This document shows, piece by piece, positions 35,601-44,610 of a stretch of 64,000 bases of DNA. Source of the stretch: Candidatus Bathyarchaeota archaeon (GTDB lineage Archaea; Thermoproteota; Bathyarchaeia; Bathyarchaeales; Bathycorpusculaceae); contig JANXDU010000031.1 of the NCBI GenBank assembly GCA_025059195.1, positions 91,892 through 155,891 of the forward strand, given 5' to 3'. The first letter of the stretch is position 1. Every line of letters begins with the position of its first letter. Below the pieces are notes generated by a model. The model was not told the origin of the DNA, made no database searches, and saw only the letters and a list, made by a program, of their open reading frames with translations. The position numbers were made by a program, and so were the translations under genes.

Positions 35601-36407
35601 ATGAAACCTCTTAGGTATGTTGACGCCCACATACATCTTTCGGATGAGGAATACGCAGGAAAAATTGATGAAATAGTGTCTGAAGCAAAAGAACAAAAAG
35701 TTGTAGCACTAATTTCCAACTCCATGGACCTTAAAACCAGCGCTAAAAGCGTTGAGCTTGCTGCGAAGTATGGAGGAGTTGTTTATGCTGCTTTAGGAAT
35801 CCATCCATGGAACGTAAACACTTTAACAGAAGACGTTTTGCTACAAACTTATGAATACATCTTGAAACAACAGCAGAACAAAGCGGTTGTGGCTATTGGA
35901 GAGGTTGGCTTAGACTACAAGTATGATAAAATATGGAATAAACAGCTCAAGGTTTTTGATGAAATGCTTAAGTTAGCTGAAAAAATGGATCTGCCAGTTA
36001 TAGTTCATTCTCGCGGAACCACCGTAAAGATCGTTGAAATGCTTCCATCCTACCGTTTAAAAAAGGTTCTTCTTCACTGGTTCAGTAACCCAATAAGCGT
36101 GTTAACAAAAGCCATAGATAGAGGATATTATATAAGCGAGGGACCGCCTACTGTTTACTCCAATGGTATACGAGAGGTTGTGAGGCGCGTTCCTCTGGAA
36201 AATCTTTTGACAGAAACCGACGGACCAGTGCGCTATTTCAAGAGTCCCTTTGATGGCAAAATGACGAGCCCAACCTTTATACCAACGGTGATTAATGCAA
36301 TAGCTGAAGTCAAGAGAATGAACGTTGTTGAAGTGGCGGAACAAATATTGAGGAATTCGGAGAAATTTTTTGGGTTAAGGTTGAGTTCAGAGGATGAAAG
36401 CGCGTAA
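35601..36407 (+). CDS. TatD-family metal-dependent hydrolase/DNase
   Basis: YVDAHIHL start motif, GEVGLDY, and HSR..T and TDGP motifs. Confidence 0.85.
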   Translation: MKPLRYVDAHIHLSDEEYAGKIDEIVSEAKEQKVVALISNSMDLKTSAKSVELAAKYGGVVYAALGIHPWNVNTLTEDVLLQTYEYILKQQQNKAVVAIGEVGLDYKYDKIWNKQLKVFDEMLKLAEKMDLPVIVHSRGTTVKIVEMLPSYRLKKVLLHWFSNPISVLTKAIDRGYYISEGPPTVYSNGIREVVRRVPLENLLTETDGPVRYFKSPFDGKMTSPTFIPTVINAIAEVKRMNVVEVAEQILRNSEKFFGLRLSSEDESA

Positions 36408-36502
36408 AGTTAAATTAGGTTTTATGCTTATGAAATGTCGCATCCCACACATTAAAAACGGAAACGAAGTGCCGCTGGGATGGGCACGGGGGAATCAAGC
36501 GA

Positions 36503-36751
36503 TTGGGGAAAGTTCGAACAGAACAGGTTAAACGCATAGCAAAAGAACTCATTAAACGTTTTCCCAAAAAGTTTTCCGGAAACTTTGAAGAAAACAAGCA
36601 CGTGGTCGCCCTGCTTGTGCCGGGAGCAACACCAAGAGTGCGAAACCAAATTGCAGGTTACATAACCCATTTCTATAGCGGTATCAAACCTTCGTCTTCC
36701 GGTGAAGATGAGGAAAAGGGCGAGCAGTTTATTAACGCCTCCGCACTGTAA
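36503..36751 (+). CDS. rps17e: ribosomal protein eS17
   Basis: (M)GKVRTEQVKRIAKELIKRFPKKFSGNFEENK. Only a TTG start is available in frame. Confidence 0.85.
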   Translation: MGKVRTEQVKRIAKELIKRFPKKFSGNFEENKHVVALLVPGATPRVRNQIAGYITHFYSGIKPSSSGEDEEKGEQFINASAL

Positions 36752-36770
36752 AAGCACAGGGACAGCGAGC

Positions 36771-37145
36771 ATGATGGACTACTATAGACGAGGATGGGCC
36801 CTACGATATTTGCGGGAGGCAAAAGCAGAGTTGGAAGCTGCGAGGAAATTACCATACATGGCGCCCAGTTTAATTCTTGAGGCTATAAGAAAGGCTAGAA
36901 ACGCCATATATTACAGTCTAGGAGAGCCAGGCTTCGTTGAGAATATAGTGAGAGAAACTATGGGAAAGGCCAAAGTTGGAAATGACCCCATTCTAAAATG
37001 TCTAGTGGAAATTGAAGAAATTATGCAGAAACTAGCACAAGTAGAGGAGATAGACGAGGAGAAAGCCCTAAAACAAGCGGACAGCCTAATCCAAACAGCC
37101 TCAGAGATTGTTGAAACTCTTATAGGAGAAAAAGTGGAAAGTTGA
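36771..37145 (+). CDS. hypothetical four-helix (HEPN-like?) protein, 124 aa
   Basis: Helical pattern YLREAKAELEAARKL...ILEAIRKARNAIYYSLG resembles HEPN-type folds, but no Rx4-6H motif is present. ATG at 36771 is preferred over 36702, which overlaps eS17. Confidence 0.35.
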   Translation: MMDYYRRGWALRYLREAKAELEAARKLPYMAPSLILEAIRKARNAIYYSLGEPGFVENIVRETMGKAKVGNDPILKCLVEIEEIMQKLAQVEEIDEEKALKQADSLIQTASEIVETLIGEKVES

Positions 37146-37157
37146 GAATAAGAGTCT

Positions 37158-38333
37158 TTAGCGTTTGTTTTTAAGGGCTTTGTCTATTCTTTCAAGGGCC
37201 CTCTTAATGTTTTCAACGGAGTTTGCAAAGGATATACGTAGATACCCTTCGCCATATTTCCCGAAGGATGTTCCTGGTAGAACCGCTACGCCGGCCTCCT
37301 TAAGCAAGTAATCTGAAAGCTCTTTTGAACCTATGCCCGTTCCGGTTATGTTGGGAAAAACGTAGAAAGCTCCTTTAGGTTTTTTACATGTTATGCCATT
37401 AATTTTATTTAGGCCCTCGACTATTATTTCTCTGCGTTTTCTAAATTCTGCTACCATTCGGTTCACTGAATCTTGAGGTCCTTTTAAGGCTTCTACGCCA
37501 GCCATCTGGACGAAGGCGCATGTGCACGAGTTAGAGTTAACCATTAATTGCGCAATTTTTTCAGCTAACTCTTTTCGCATAACACCGTAGCCGAGCCTCC
37601 AGCCGGTCATAGCATAGGTTTTCGAAAAACCATCAAGGATTATGGTCTTCTCTTTCATTCCGGGGAGTGAAGCGATGCTTTCATGAACCCCCTCGTATAT
37701 AATTCGACTGTAAATTTCGTCTGATAGAACAATTACGTCGTCTCTGTTAGCTATGCAGTCTGCTACAACCTTCAAATCTTCTCTCGTCAAAATCCCACCT
37801 GTTGGGTTTTCCGGCGAGTTAAGAATTATCATTTTGGTTTTCTTTGTTATTTTTTCTTTTACATACTCGTGGTCGAGCCGGAAGTCATTTTCCTCTTTAA
37901 GGGGAATAGGAATAGGTTTAGCTCCGACAAAATTTATCATGGACTCGTAAATGGGAAAACCAGGGTTTGGGTATAAAACCTCCTCACCGCTGTTTACACA
38001 TGCCAGTATTGCAAAAAACATTATTGGCTTTGCACCAGGTGTAACAACGACTTCTTCTGGACTAACTGGGATGTTCCTGGTTTTAGAGATGTATTCGGCT
38101 ATGGCCTCGCGAAGCTCGGGGATGCCAGCTGCTGGAACATAATGTGTATAGCCAGAATAAAGAGCTTTAACGGCGGCTTTTTTTATGTTTTCAGGTGTAT
38201 CGAAGTCCGGTTCCCCTATTTCTAGGTGTATAATCTCTTTTCCCTGCCTTTCGAGGGCTTTTGCCTTGGCCAGCACCTCAAAAGCCGTTTCCGTTCCGAG
38301 AGCTGCCATCCTGTCTGCAAGGAGGGAAGGCAT
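37158..38333 (-). CDS. class I PLP aminotransferase (aspartate/aromatic aminotransferase type)
   Basis: GEPDFDTP, NPGFP, NSPENPTG and the PLP-lysine motif FSKTYAMTGWRLGY. Confidence 0.85.
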   Translation of the reverse strand: MPSLLADRMAALGTETAFEVLAKAKALERQGKEIIHLEIGEPDFDTPENIKKAAVKALYSGYTHYVPAAGIPELREAIAEYISKTRNIPVSPEEVVVTPGAKPIMFFAILACVNSGEEVLYPNPGFPIYESMINFVGAKPIPIPLKEENDFRLDHEYVKEKITKKTKMIILNSPENPTGGILTREDLKVVADCIANRDDVIVLSDEIYSRIIYEGVHESIASLPGMKEKTIILDGFSKTYAMTGWRLGYGVMRKELAEKIAQLMVNSNSCTCAFVQMAGVEALKGPQDSVNRMVAEFRKRREIIVEGLNKINGITCKKPKGAFYVFPNITGTGIGSKELSDYLLKEAGVAVLPGTSFGKYGEGYLRISFANSVENIKRALERIDKALKNKR

Positions 38334-38412
38334 AGAATCACCGCTTTTGGGATTGTAGAGGTAATGCCATGGGATATTTAACTGTTACACTTTAACTTGC
38401 CTAATAATTATG

Positions 38413-39420
38413 TCAAAGGAGTTTTGAAGGGGGGCGTATCTTGAGAACATCAGAGTTCACAAGGTTTGGCGGTTGTTTTCCCTCAAAAAAGGCGACAAGG
38501 TTCTCAGCCACCATTTCAGCCATCCTTGAACGAGTTTCATAGCTTGCACTTGATATGTGAGGTGCAACCACAACGTTGTCGAGCTTAAGCAACGGATTGT
38601 CTACGGGGGTGGGTTCTTGTTCAAAAACGTCTAAAGCGGCGCCGGCGATCCACCCCTCTTTTAACGCCTTATATAGGGCTTTCTCGTCTACAACGGGTCC
38701 TCTAGCGTTATTGATTAAGTAGGCTGTTTTCTTCATTAGCCTAAGCTTTTCCTCGTTTACGAGGTGATATGTTTCTTTTGAAAGTGGAACATGGACGCTT
38801 ATGAAGTCTGATTCTCTGAAAAGCGTGTCTAGGTCAACACGTTTTGCGCCAAGCTCTTTCTCTGTTTCGGGTGGCATGGGGACGACATCGTAGTAAATTA
38901 TTTTCATGTTGAAGCCTTTGGCTCTTCTGGCGACAGCTGTTCCAATTCTGCCAGCGCCTAAAATGCCTAAGGTAGCGCCGTAAACGTCTTTACCCAGCAA
39001 CATGCTGGGGTGCCAGCTAATCTTCCACTGGCCTGTCCGCACATACTTATCTGCTTCAACCACGCGTCTTGCAACAGCTAAAAGTAAGGCCCAAGCGAAG
39101 TCCGCTGTTGTTTCAGTTAAAACGCCGGGTGTGTTAGTCACGTATATGCCTCTTTTCGTGGCTTCGGCCACGTCTATGTTGTCGTGGCCGACAGCCATCT
39201 GCGCAACTATCTTAAGCCTCGGAGCTGCATCGAAAACTTCAGCGTCAATCTTGTCTGTCAAAAGTGTGACGAGGGCGTCGACGTCTCTTGCCTTTCTCAT
39301 TATCTCACTTTTTGGCGGTGGCCCGTATTCGGGCCAAACTTCCGCATCGAAACGTTCCACAATTATTTTCATGCCTCTCTCGGGAAGCTCACGGGTTACG
39401 TAAACTTTTGGTTTCGCCAT
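38413..39420 (-). CDS. gyaR: glyoxylate/hydroxypyruvate reductase (D-isomer-specific 2-hydroxyacid dehydrogenase)
   Basis: NAD motif GILGAGRIGTAVARRA and catalytic-domain motifs (NNARGPVVDE, APHISSAS). ATG at 39420 is preferred over the GTG at 39429. Confidence 0.85.
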   Translation of the reverse strand: MAKPKVYVTRELPERGMKIIVERFDAEVWPEYGPPPKSEIMRKARDVDALVTLLTDKIDAEVFDAAPRLKIVAQMAVGHDNIDVAEATKRGIYVTNTPGVLTETTADFAWALLLAVARRVVEADKYVRTGQWKISWHPSMLLGKDVYGATLGILGAGRIGTAVARRAKGFNMKIIYYDVVPMPPETEKELGAKRVDLDTLFRESDFISVHVPLSKETYHLVNEEKLRLMKKTAYLINNARGPVVDEKALYKALKEGWIAGAALDVFEQEPTPVDNPLLKLDNVVVAPHISSASYETRSRMAEMVAENLVAFFEGKQPPNLVNSDVLKIRPPSKLL

Positions 39421-39509
39421 ACAATCCACCAGGCAGTTATCAAACGATTTATTAACGCTGAACTTATTACATTTACTGTCTTATTTCCGTAGACTATGAT
39501 GGGAAGGAC

Positions 39510-40889
39510 ATGACGGTTGTTATCAAGAATTTAGAGCAACTTATCCATAACGGGCAAACCCAAGTAGACAGAAAGGCGAGAGAGCTGGCCTTAAAAAGCC
39601 TTAAAGCCGCCGTTGAGGCGGTGGACCCCAAGAGGTTGATATTGTCGAAGCTTGTGTTGAAAGATTCCATTCTGGAAGTCGGTGGCTACACTTTCGACCT
39701 CCGCCAGTTCAGAAACTTGTACGTCATTGGAGGGGGAAAAGCCAGCGGGTTCATGGCTGAAGCCTTAGAGACGGTTTTAGGCGAAAGAATAACGGAGGGC
39801 ATTGTTAATGTGCCAAAAGGCGGCAGATACAAAACAAGCGTCGTGAAGCCCCACGAAGCGAGCCACCCTATCCCAGATGATTCGGGAGTTGAAGGCGTCA
39901 AACGCATGCTTGAGATTGCGGAAAGGGCGACGGAAAAGGACCTAATAATATGCTTGATATCGGGCGGCGGTTCCAGCTTGATGCCGCTGCCGAGGAAGGG
40001 GATAACCTTGGCGGACAAAAGGAAAATTACTGAAGACCTCCTTAAATGTGGTGCCACAATAAACGAGATAAACGCTGTAAGAAAACACATTTCGGGGTTC
40101 AAAGGCGGATGGTTGGCGAAAAAGGCTTATCCAGCCACCGTTTTAAACCTCATCCTTTCAGACGTGTTGGGTGACCCACTCGATTCTATCGCCTCCGGCC
40201 CCACAGTCCCCGATTCAACAACTTTCAGCGACGCTGTAAAAATCTTGAAAAAATATAACTTGTGGGAAAAAGCTCCAGAGTCTATTAAGAAAGTTTTACT
40301 TGACGGAGAAAAAGGTTTAATCCCTGAAACTCCAAAAGCCAACGATGAAGCTTTCAAAAAAGTCTTTAATGTTGTGATCGGGAACTGCAGAGACGCAAGC
40401 ACCGCGGCGTGCGAAGCCTTAAAATCTGAGGGGTTGAACACTCTGCTTTTGACTTCGCTTCTCGAAGGAGAAGCACGACACGTTGGAACATTTTTGGCTT
40501 CAATAGCGCGGGAAGTTGTTGCCTCCGGAAACCCTGTGCAAAAACCTGCAGCGATAGTGGCTGGGGGAGAAACAACCGTTACAGTTGTCGGCGAAGGTAA
40601 AGGTGGAAGAAATCAAGAGATAGCCTTAGCCGCCGCATTAAAAATTAAGGGTTTAGAAGGATGCGTTGTTGCCTCACTTAGCACTGACGGAGTGGACGGT
40701 CCCACAGATGCTGCGGGAGCGGTGGCTGACGGGAAAACCATAGCAAGGGCGGAGAAAACTGGGCTAAAAGCGGAAGACTTTCTCGCCGAAAACGACTCCT
40801 ACACCTTCTTTTCAAAGCTCGACGACCTAATATACACTGGTCCAACAGGAACAAATGTAAACGATGTGTCAGTAGTCATAACAATATGA
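39510..40889 (+). CDS. glycerate 2-kinase (DUF4147 + MOFRL family; TtuD/hydroxypyruvate-reductase-annotated family)
   Basis: 459 aa with LISGGGSSL, KHIS..KGG and a C-terminal GTDG.DGPTDAAGA... matching MOFRL glycerate kinases. Confidence 0.85.
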   Translation: MTVVIKNLEQLIHNGQTQVDRKARELALKSLKAAVEAVDPKRLILSKLVLKDSILEVGGYTFDLRQFRNLYVIGGGKASGFMAEALETVLGERITEGIVNVPKGGRYKTSVVKPHEASHPIPDDSGVEGVKRMLEIAERATEKDLIICLISGGGSSLMPLPRKGITLADKRKITEDLLKCGATINEINAVRKHISGFKGGWLAKKAYPATVLNLILSDVLGDPLDSIASGPTVPDSTTFSDAVKILKKYNLWEKAPESIKKVLLDGEKGLIPETPKANDEAFKKVFNVVIGNCRDASTAACEALKSEGLNTLLLTSLLEGEARHVGTFLASIAREVVASGNPVQKPAAIVAGGETTVTVVGEGKGGRNQEIALAAALKIKGLEGCVVASLSTDGVDGPTDAAGAVADGKTIARAEKTGLKAEDFLAENDSYTFFSKLDDLIYTGPTGTNVNDVSVVITI

Positions 40890-41194
40890 GGAGGGGTCGG
40901 AATTTGAGCACAAGCATAACTGTAAGGTTTGTTGGTGGCCTACGCAGCACGGTTGGAAAAGATAAGATCAAGCTGAACATTAACGGAGAAAGGACGCTGA
41001 GAGAGCTGATAAACATGATTGTCGAAAGATTTCCAGAGACTAAGAAAACCTTCATAGACCCAGAATTAGGGGATCCGAGACCCAACGCCCTAATCATCGT
41101 GAATGATAGGGAGATAAGCGTTCTGAACGGTTTAGAAACCATAATCAAGGAAGGGGATGAAGTGATCTTTGTCCCAGTTTCTCATGGCGGGTGA
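40886..41194 (+). CDS. MoaD/ThiS-family ubiquitin-like protein ending in Gly-Gly (SAMP / sulfur-carrier type)
   Basis: ITVRFVGGLRS...IIVNDREI...GDEVIFVPVSHGG-stop. The ATG overlaps the glycerate kinase stop (ATGA). Confidence 0.8.
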   Translation: MRRGRNLSTSITVRFVGGLRSTVGKDKIKLNINGERTLRELINMIVERFPETKKTFIDPELGDPRPNALIIVNDREISVLNGLETIIKEGDEVIFVPVSHGG

Positions 41195-41197
41195 ACC

Positions 41198-42001
41198 GTG
41201 AAGCCTCCGATTTCAATAATAACGTTGACAACGGACTTTGGATTGGCAGATCCTTACGTTGCCGAAATGAAAGCCGTTATTTTGGGGATAAACCCCACCG
41301 CGAAAATAGTGGACGTAACTCATCAAGTGGAGAAATTCAACATCAGACATGGCGCGTTTATACTCGCCGCCGCAGCTCCATATTTTCCAAAGAACACGAT
41401 ACACGTGGCTGTTGTTGACCCGGGAGTGGGAACAAAACGGAAGCCTATATTGATTGAAACTGAAAAATACTTCTTCGTGGGTCCGGACAATGGCGTGTTG
41501 ACTTTGGCGGCGCGAAAACAAGGAATAAGACACATTTATGAGATCGTAAACCCGAAGGTTATGCTTCCAAGGATATCTCAAACGTTTCATGGAAGAGACA
41601 TTTTCGCTCCAGCGGCAGCCTATCTTTCGAGAGGTGTGAAACCGTTGGAATTTGGACCTAAAATCCGCAGAATAGTTATGCCAAGATTTGCAAGAGTTAT
41701 TGGGAAAGGCAGCACATTGATGGGCGAAGTTATTCACGTTGACAGTTTTGGGAACATTATTACAAACTTCACGGCAAAAAACCTTGAGGATTTAGGCATT
41801 CAGGATTTTGTGCGCATAAAGCTGAAGGACAAAGAGTTAACGTTAAAGCTCTGCAAAGCCTATGCGGAAGTGGAAACTGGAAAACCTCTCGCCATAATTG
41901 GGAGCCATGATTTTCTGGAAGTATCTGTAAACATGGGTAATGCTGCTCAGGCTTTCGGAGTAAAGATTGGAGACACTGTTAAACTTTGTCGGTCTTCATG
42001 A
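41198..42001 (+). CDS. SAM hydroxide adenosyltransferase / SAM hydrolase (DUF62, fluorinase-chlorinase-like fold)
   Basis: IITLTTDFGLADPYVAEMKAVIL, VVDPGVGT and FHGRDIFAP motifs. The GTG start lies 4 nt after the Ubl stop. Confidence 0.85.
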   Translation: MKPPISIITLTTDFGLADPYVAEMKAVILGINPTAKIVDVTHQVEKFNIRHGAFILAAAAPYFPKNTIHVAVVDPGVGTKRKPILIETEKYFFVGPDNGVLTLAARKQGIRHIYEIVNPKVMLPRISQTFHGRDIFAPAAAYLSRGVKPLEFGPKIRRIVMPRFARVIGKGSTLMGEVIHVDSFGNIITNFTAKNLEDLGIQDFVRIKLKDKELTLKLCKAYAEVETGKPLAIIGSHDFLEVSVNMGNAAQAFGVKIGDTVKLCRSS

Positions 42002-42503
42002 GGTCCCTGAGTCTTTCAACACCGCCGATTTCTTTTATGAATTCCGCCACACTTCTGGGGACAAGTTCCTCCCAGTTTTCGCCATCCAACATTCTTTTCC
42101 TTATCTCAGTAGCCGAGTAAACCTCACGCTTATGGAAACGGATGGACTTAACTTCGTAGCCGGCTTCTATGAAAAGCCTTCTTGTGAGCGGTTCATTGGA
42201 GTAAACCACATCAAAACGCGGAGCGTAGCCTTCGACGACTGACACCCAAACCATGTGGATGTGCACGTCGGGCACGGGCACAATCCATACACGGTTCAAG
42301 TCTACCTTCGCCTCTTCTAAGGCTTTCTTTATCATCACAAGCCTCTCGCCGGTTGTGAACGGGTTATCAATGCGGTGGCTGTACTGGGCGCTGCCAACCA
42401 CGATTACAAGCTCATCCACTTCACCTAAAAGATCTTCAATCACTTGGAGGTGGCCCTTATGAAAGGGTTGAAACCTGCCAACAAAAAGCCCGCGTTTAAC
42501 CAT
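41979..42503 (-). CDS. nadM: nicotinamide-nucleotide adenylyltransferase, archaeal type
   Basis: RGLFVGRFQPFHKGHL and the SATEIR-like motif YSATEIRKRM. Confidence 0.9.
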   Translation of the reverse strand: MVKRGLFVGRFQPFHKGHLQVIEDLLGEVDELVIVVGSAQYSHRIDNPFTTGERLVMIKKALEEAKVDLNRVWIVPVPDVHIHMVWVSVVEGYAPRFDVVYSNEPLTRRLFIEAGYEVKSIRFHKREVYSATEIRKRMLDGENWEELVPRSVAEFIKEIGGVERLRDLMKTDKV

Positions 42504-42539
42504 GACTATCCCTCCACAGATTTAGGCGTTAAGCTTTTA

Positions 42540-43142
42540 TTATTTGTGTTGCTCCTTTAAACGCCTTAAAACGAATTCCACTGGGAAAACTTTCAAAACA
42601 CCGTCGTTCACTTTAATTTCCATGGTTGAAGTGTAACCCTTCTCTTCGCGTTTCAGAATTTCCAGTTTGACGTGTACGCCTCCGCCGTAGCCACCTAAGG
42701 AAAAATCTGAGGCCACAACCCTATGGCATGGAATAATCAGCGGAAAAGGGTTTGAAGCCATAACCCATCCCACAGCTCTTGGACCGCCGCCAGCAGCTTT
42801 CGCCACAGAGCCATAAGAAGCTACGTAACCCACGGGGACTAAGGAAACGGTTCTAAGAACCTTTTGTGCATAGTCTGATAGGCGACCCATGGCAAGAGAA
42901 AACTTTTCATCGCAGCCTTGACCATCATAAATGTTTTTCAACGAAGAAACCACTTTATCAGCGAATTCCGTTGGCTTTTCTAAATGTTGGAAAGGAATAT
43001 CATAGGGGATGCTTTTAAGCAAGCTTTGCAGGGCCCGCTTTCTATCAAAAGCAAAGGACGTAGCGAAAACGTTTTCGTTTTCATACGCAACTCCAAACCA
43101 TACGCCTTTAACAGCTTTCACATGAAGTGTCAACATTCTCAT
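42540..43142 (-). CDS. ogt: methylated-DNA-protein-cysteine S-methyltransferase
   Basis: Active-site IIPCHRVV and the upstream YGSVAKAAGGGPRAVG. Start ambiguous (ATG at 43142 or 43136, TTG at 43169). Confidence 0.85.
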   Translation of the reverse strand: MRMLTLHVKAVKGVWFGVAYENENVFATSFAFDRKRALQSLLKSIPYDIPFQHLEKPTEFADKVVSSLKNIYDGQGCDEKFSLAMGRLSDYAQKVLRTVSLVPVGYVASYGSVAKAAGGGPRAVGWVMASNPFPLIIPCHRVVASDFSLGGYGGGVHVKLEILKREEKGYTSTMEIKVNDGVLKVFPVEFVLRRLKEQHK

Positions 43143-43371
43143 GCCTCGTTGAAGCGTTATAAGCCGCAAGTGTTTTTAGATCTTATGCGGCGAGACCCTT
43201 GAAGGTTAAAGAAAAACCATTATGCCACGTCAAGGGGCTCTGGAAATTTAATATGAAAACTTGGAAAGGCCTCTTGGAAGGTTATTACTTACAGCTTGAG
43301 AGACACTAAGTTTAATAGGTTGCGCTCGTATATCACGTGAAAGGTGAGATGCTTTGGAAAGGGAAGGACAA

Positions 43372-43974
43372 ATGCCCCAGTACTTGTGGGTTCCAGGCGC
43401 AACAACGGTTGGCATTGTCTGCAGAGACGGCGTTATACTGGCTTCTGAAAAACGCGTTTCTTATGGGTATTTAGTTGTTAGCAGAGGAGGAAAAAAAGTC
43501 TTCAAAATAACAGACCATATAGGCGCGGCTTGTGCTGGCCTTGTTTCGGACATGCAGATTCTGGTTCGCGAGGTAGAAGCTTACGCAAACCTTTACAGCA
43601 TGGATGTTGGCAGACCCATATCGGTTAGGTCTGCAGCAAAACTTATGTCTAACTTGCTTTTTGCTAATAGGCTTGCTCCTTTGATAACTCAGACTATTGT
43701 GGGAGGCATAGACGACGAGGGCGCCTCGCTATACGTTTTAGACGTTTTGGGTTCAGTGATACCAGATAAATATGCTGTTGTCGGCTCGGGAACCGAAATC
43801 GCCATGGGAGTGCTTGAAGAGGGCTACCGTGAAGGTTTAAGCATGGAAGAAGGCAGAGACCTAGTTGTCAGAGCCATAAAATCCGCCATCAGCCGGGACA
43901 TCATGAGCGGCGACGGCATAGACTTCCTATTCATTACAAAAGAAGGTGCCCGCGAGGAATCCATAAAGTTCTAG
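43372..43974 (+). CDS. psmB: proteasome subunit beta
   Basis: Short propeptide followed by the catalytic Thr (GATTVGIVCRDGVILASEKR). Alternative TTG start at 43354. Confidence 0.92.
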   Translation: MPQYLWVPGATTVGIVCRDGVILASEKRVSYGYLVVSRGGKKVFKITDHIGAACAGLVSDMQILVREVEAYANLYSMDVGRPISVRSAAKLMSNLLFANRLAPLITQTIVGGIDDEGASLYVLDVLGSVIPDKYAVVGSGTEIAMGVLEEGYREGLSMEEGRDLVVRAIKSAISRDIMSGDGIDFLFITKEGAREESIKF

Positions 43975-43989
43975 GAAGGACTGCGCACG

Positions 43990-44610
43990 TTGCATTTTGA
44001 CCTCAGCCTAGAAGAAGGAAAACTGTTGGTTAGGCTTGCAAGAACCGCTGTAGAAGAGTATTTAAAAACCAGAAAACGCATCCGCGTGCCAGAGGGGCTT
44101 CCAAAGAAGCTCATGCAGTCTTGCGGAGTTTTCGTTACAATAAATAGCATCCAAAACGGAGAAAAAGAGTTGCGGGGATGCATTGGGCTGCCATATCCGA
44201 CGACGCCCTTGGCTGAAGCTGTTATAGAGTCGGCCATAAGCTCGGCGACTCGAGACCCAAGGTTTTATCCCATGTCCCTAGAGGAGTTGAGTAGCGTAGT
44301 TTTCGAGGTCAGCGTGCTCACGCCTCCACAATTGATAGAAGTGGAGGATCCCCGTGAATACCCGTCAAAAATAAAAGTTGGTGTTGACGGGCTAATCGTA
44401 GAGAGAAGCTTTTACAAGGGGTTGTTGCTTCCCCAAGTGCCAGTAGAATGGAATTGGGACGAAGAAGAGTTTCTGTGCCAATGCTGTTTGAAGGCTGGGC
44501 TTCCGCCAGACTGTTGGCTTATGAAGGGCACAAAAGTTTACAAGTTTCAGGCCATTATATTTGAGGAAGAAAAACCAAAAGGCGAAGTTAGGCGCAAAAT
44601 CCTCCCTTAG
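43990..44610 (+). CDS. AMMECR1-domain protein
   Basis: LRGCIGLPYP motif and DPRF. Family length is right at ~200 aa. TTG start. Confidence 0.85.
   Translation: MHFDLSLEEGKLLVRLARTAVEEYLKTRKRIRVPEGLPKKLMQSCGVFVTINSIQNGEKELRGCIGLPYPTTPLAEAVIESAISSATRDPRFYPMSLEELSSVVFEVSVLTPPQLIEVEDPREYPSKIKVGVDGLIVERSFYKGLLLPQVPVEWNWDEEEFLCQCCLKAGLPPDCWLMKGTKVYKFQAIIFEEEKPKGEVRRKILP

Noticed and set aside
36441-36482. Inverted repeat CATCCCA-n28-TGGGATG upstream of eS17.
   Set aside because: The loop is long and the stem short, and the repeat is probably upstream of the transcription start. There is no supporting evidence of function.
41213-41737. Long antisense ORFs, for example 174 aa at 41213..41737. Similar ones lie at 5091..5555, 10917..11333, 11021..11344, 25551..25907, 39002..39403, 39686..40102 and 57277..57693.
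   Set aside because: Each lies opposite a gene with unambiguous family motifs. Their compositions are low-complexity or Arg/Ser/Pro-rich, as is typical of the reverse frames of real genes. None has a recognisable motif.
43260-43363. Three copies of a TTGGAA(A)GG motif upstream of and overlapping the psmB start.
   Set aside because: The motif is short and purine-rich with irregular spacing, and one copy is simply part of the start region (TTG GAA AGG). It is compatible with chance.
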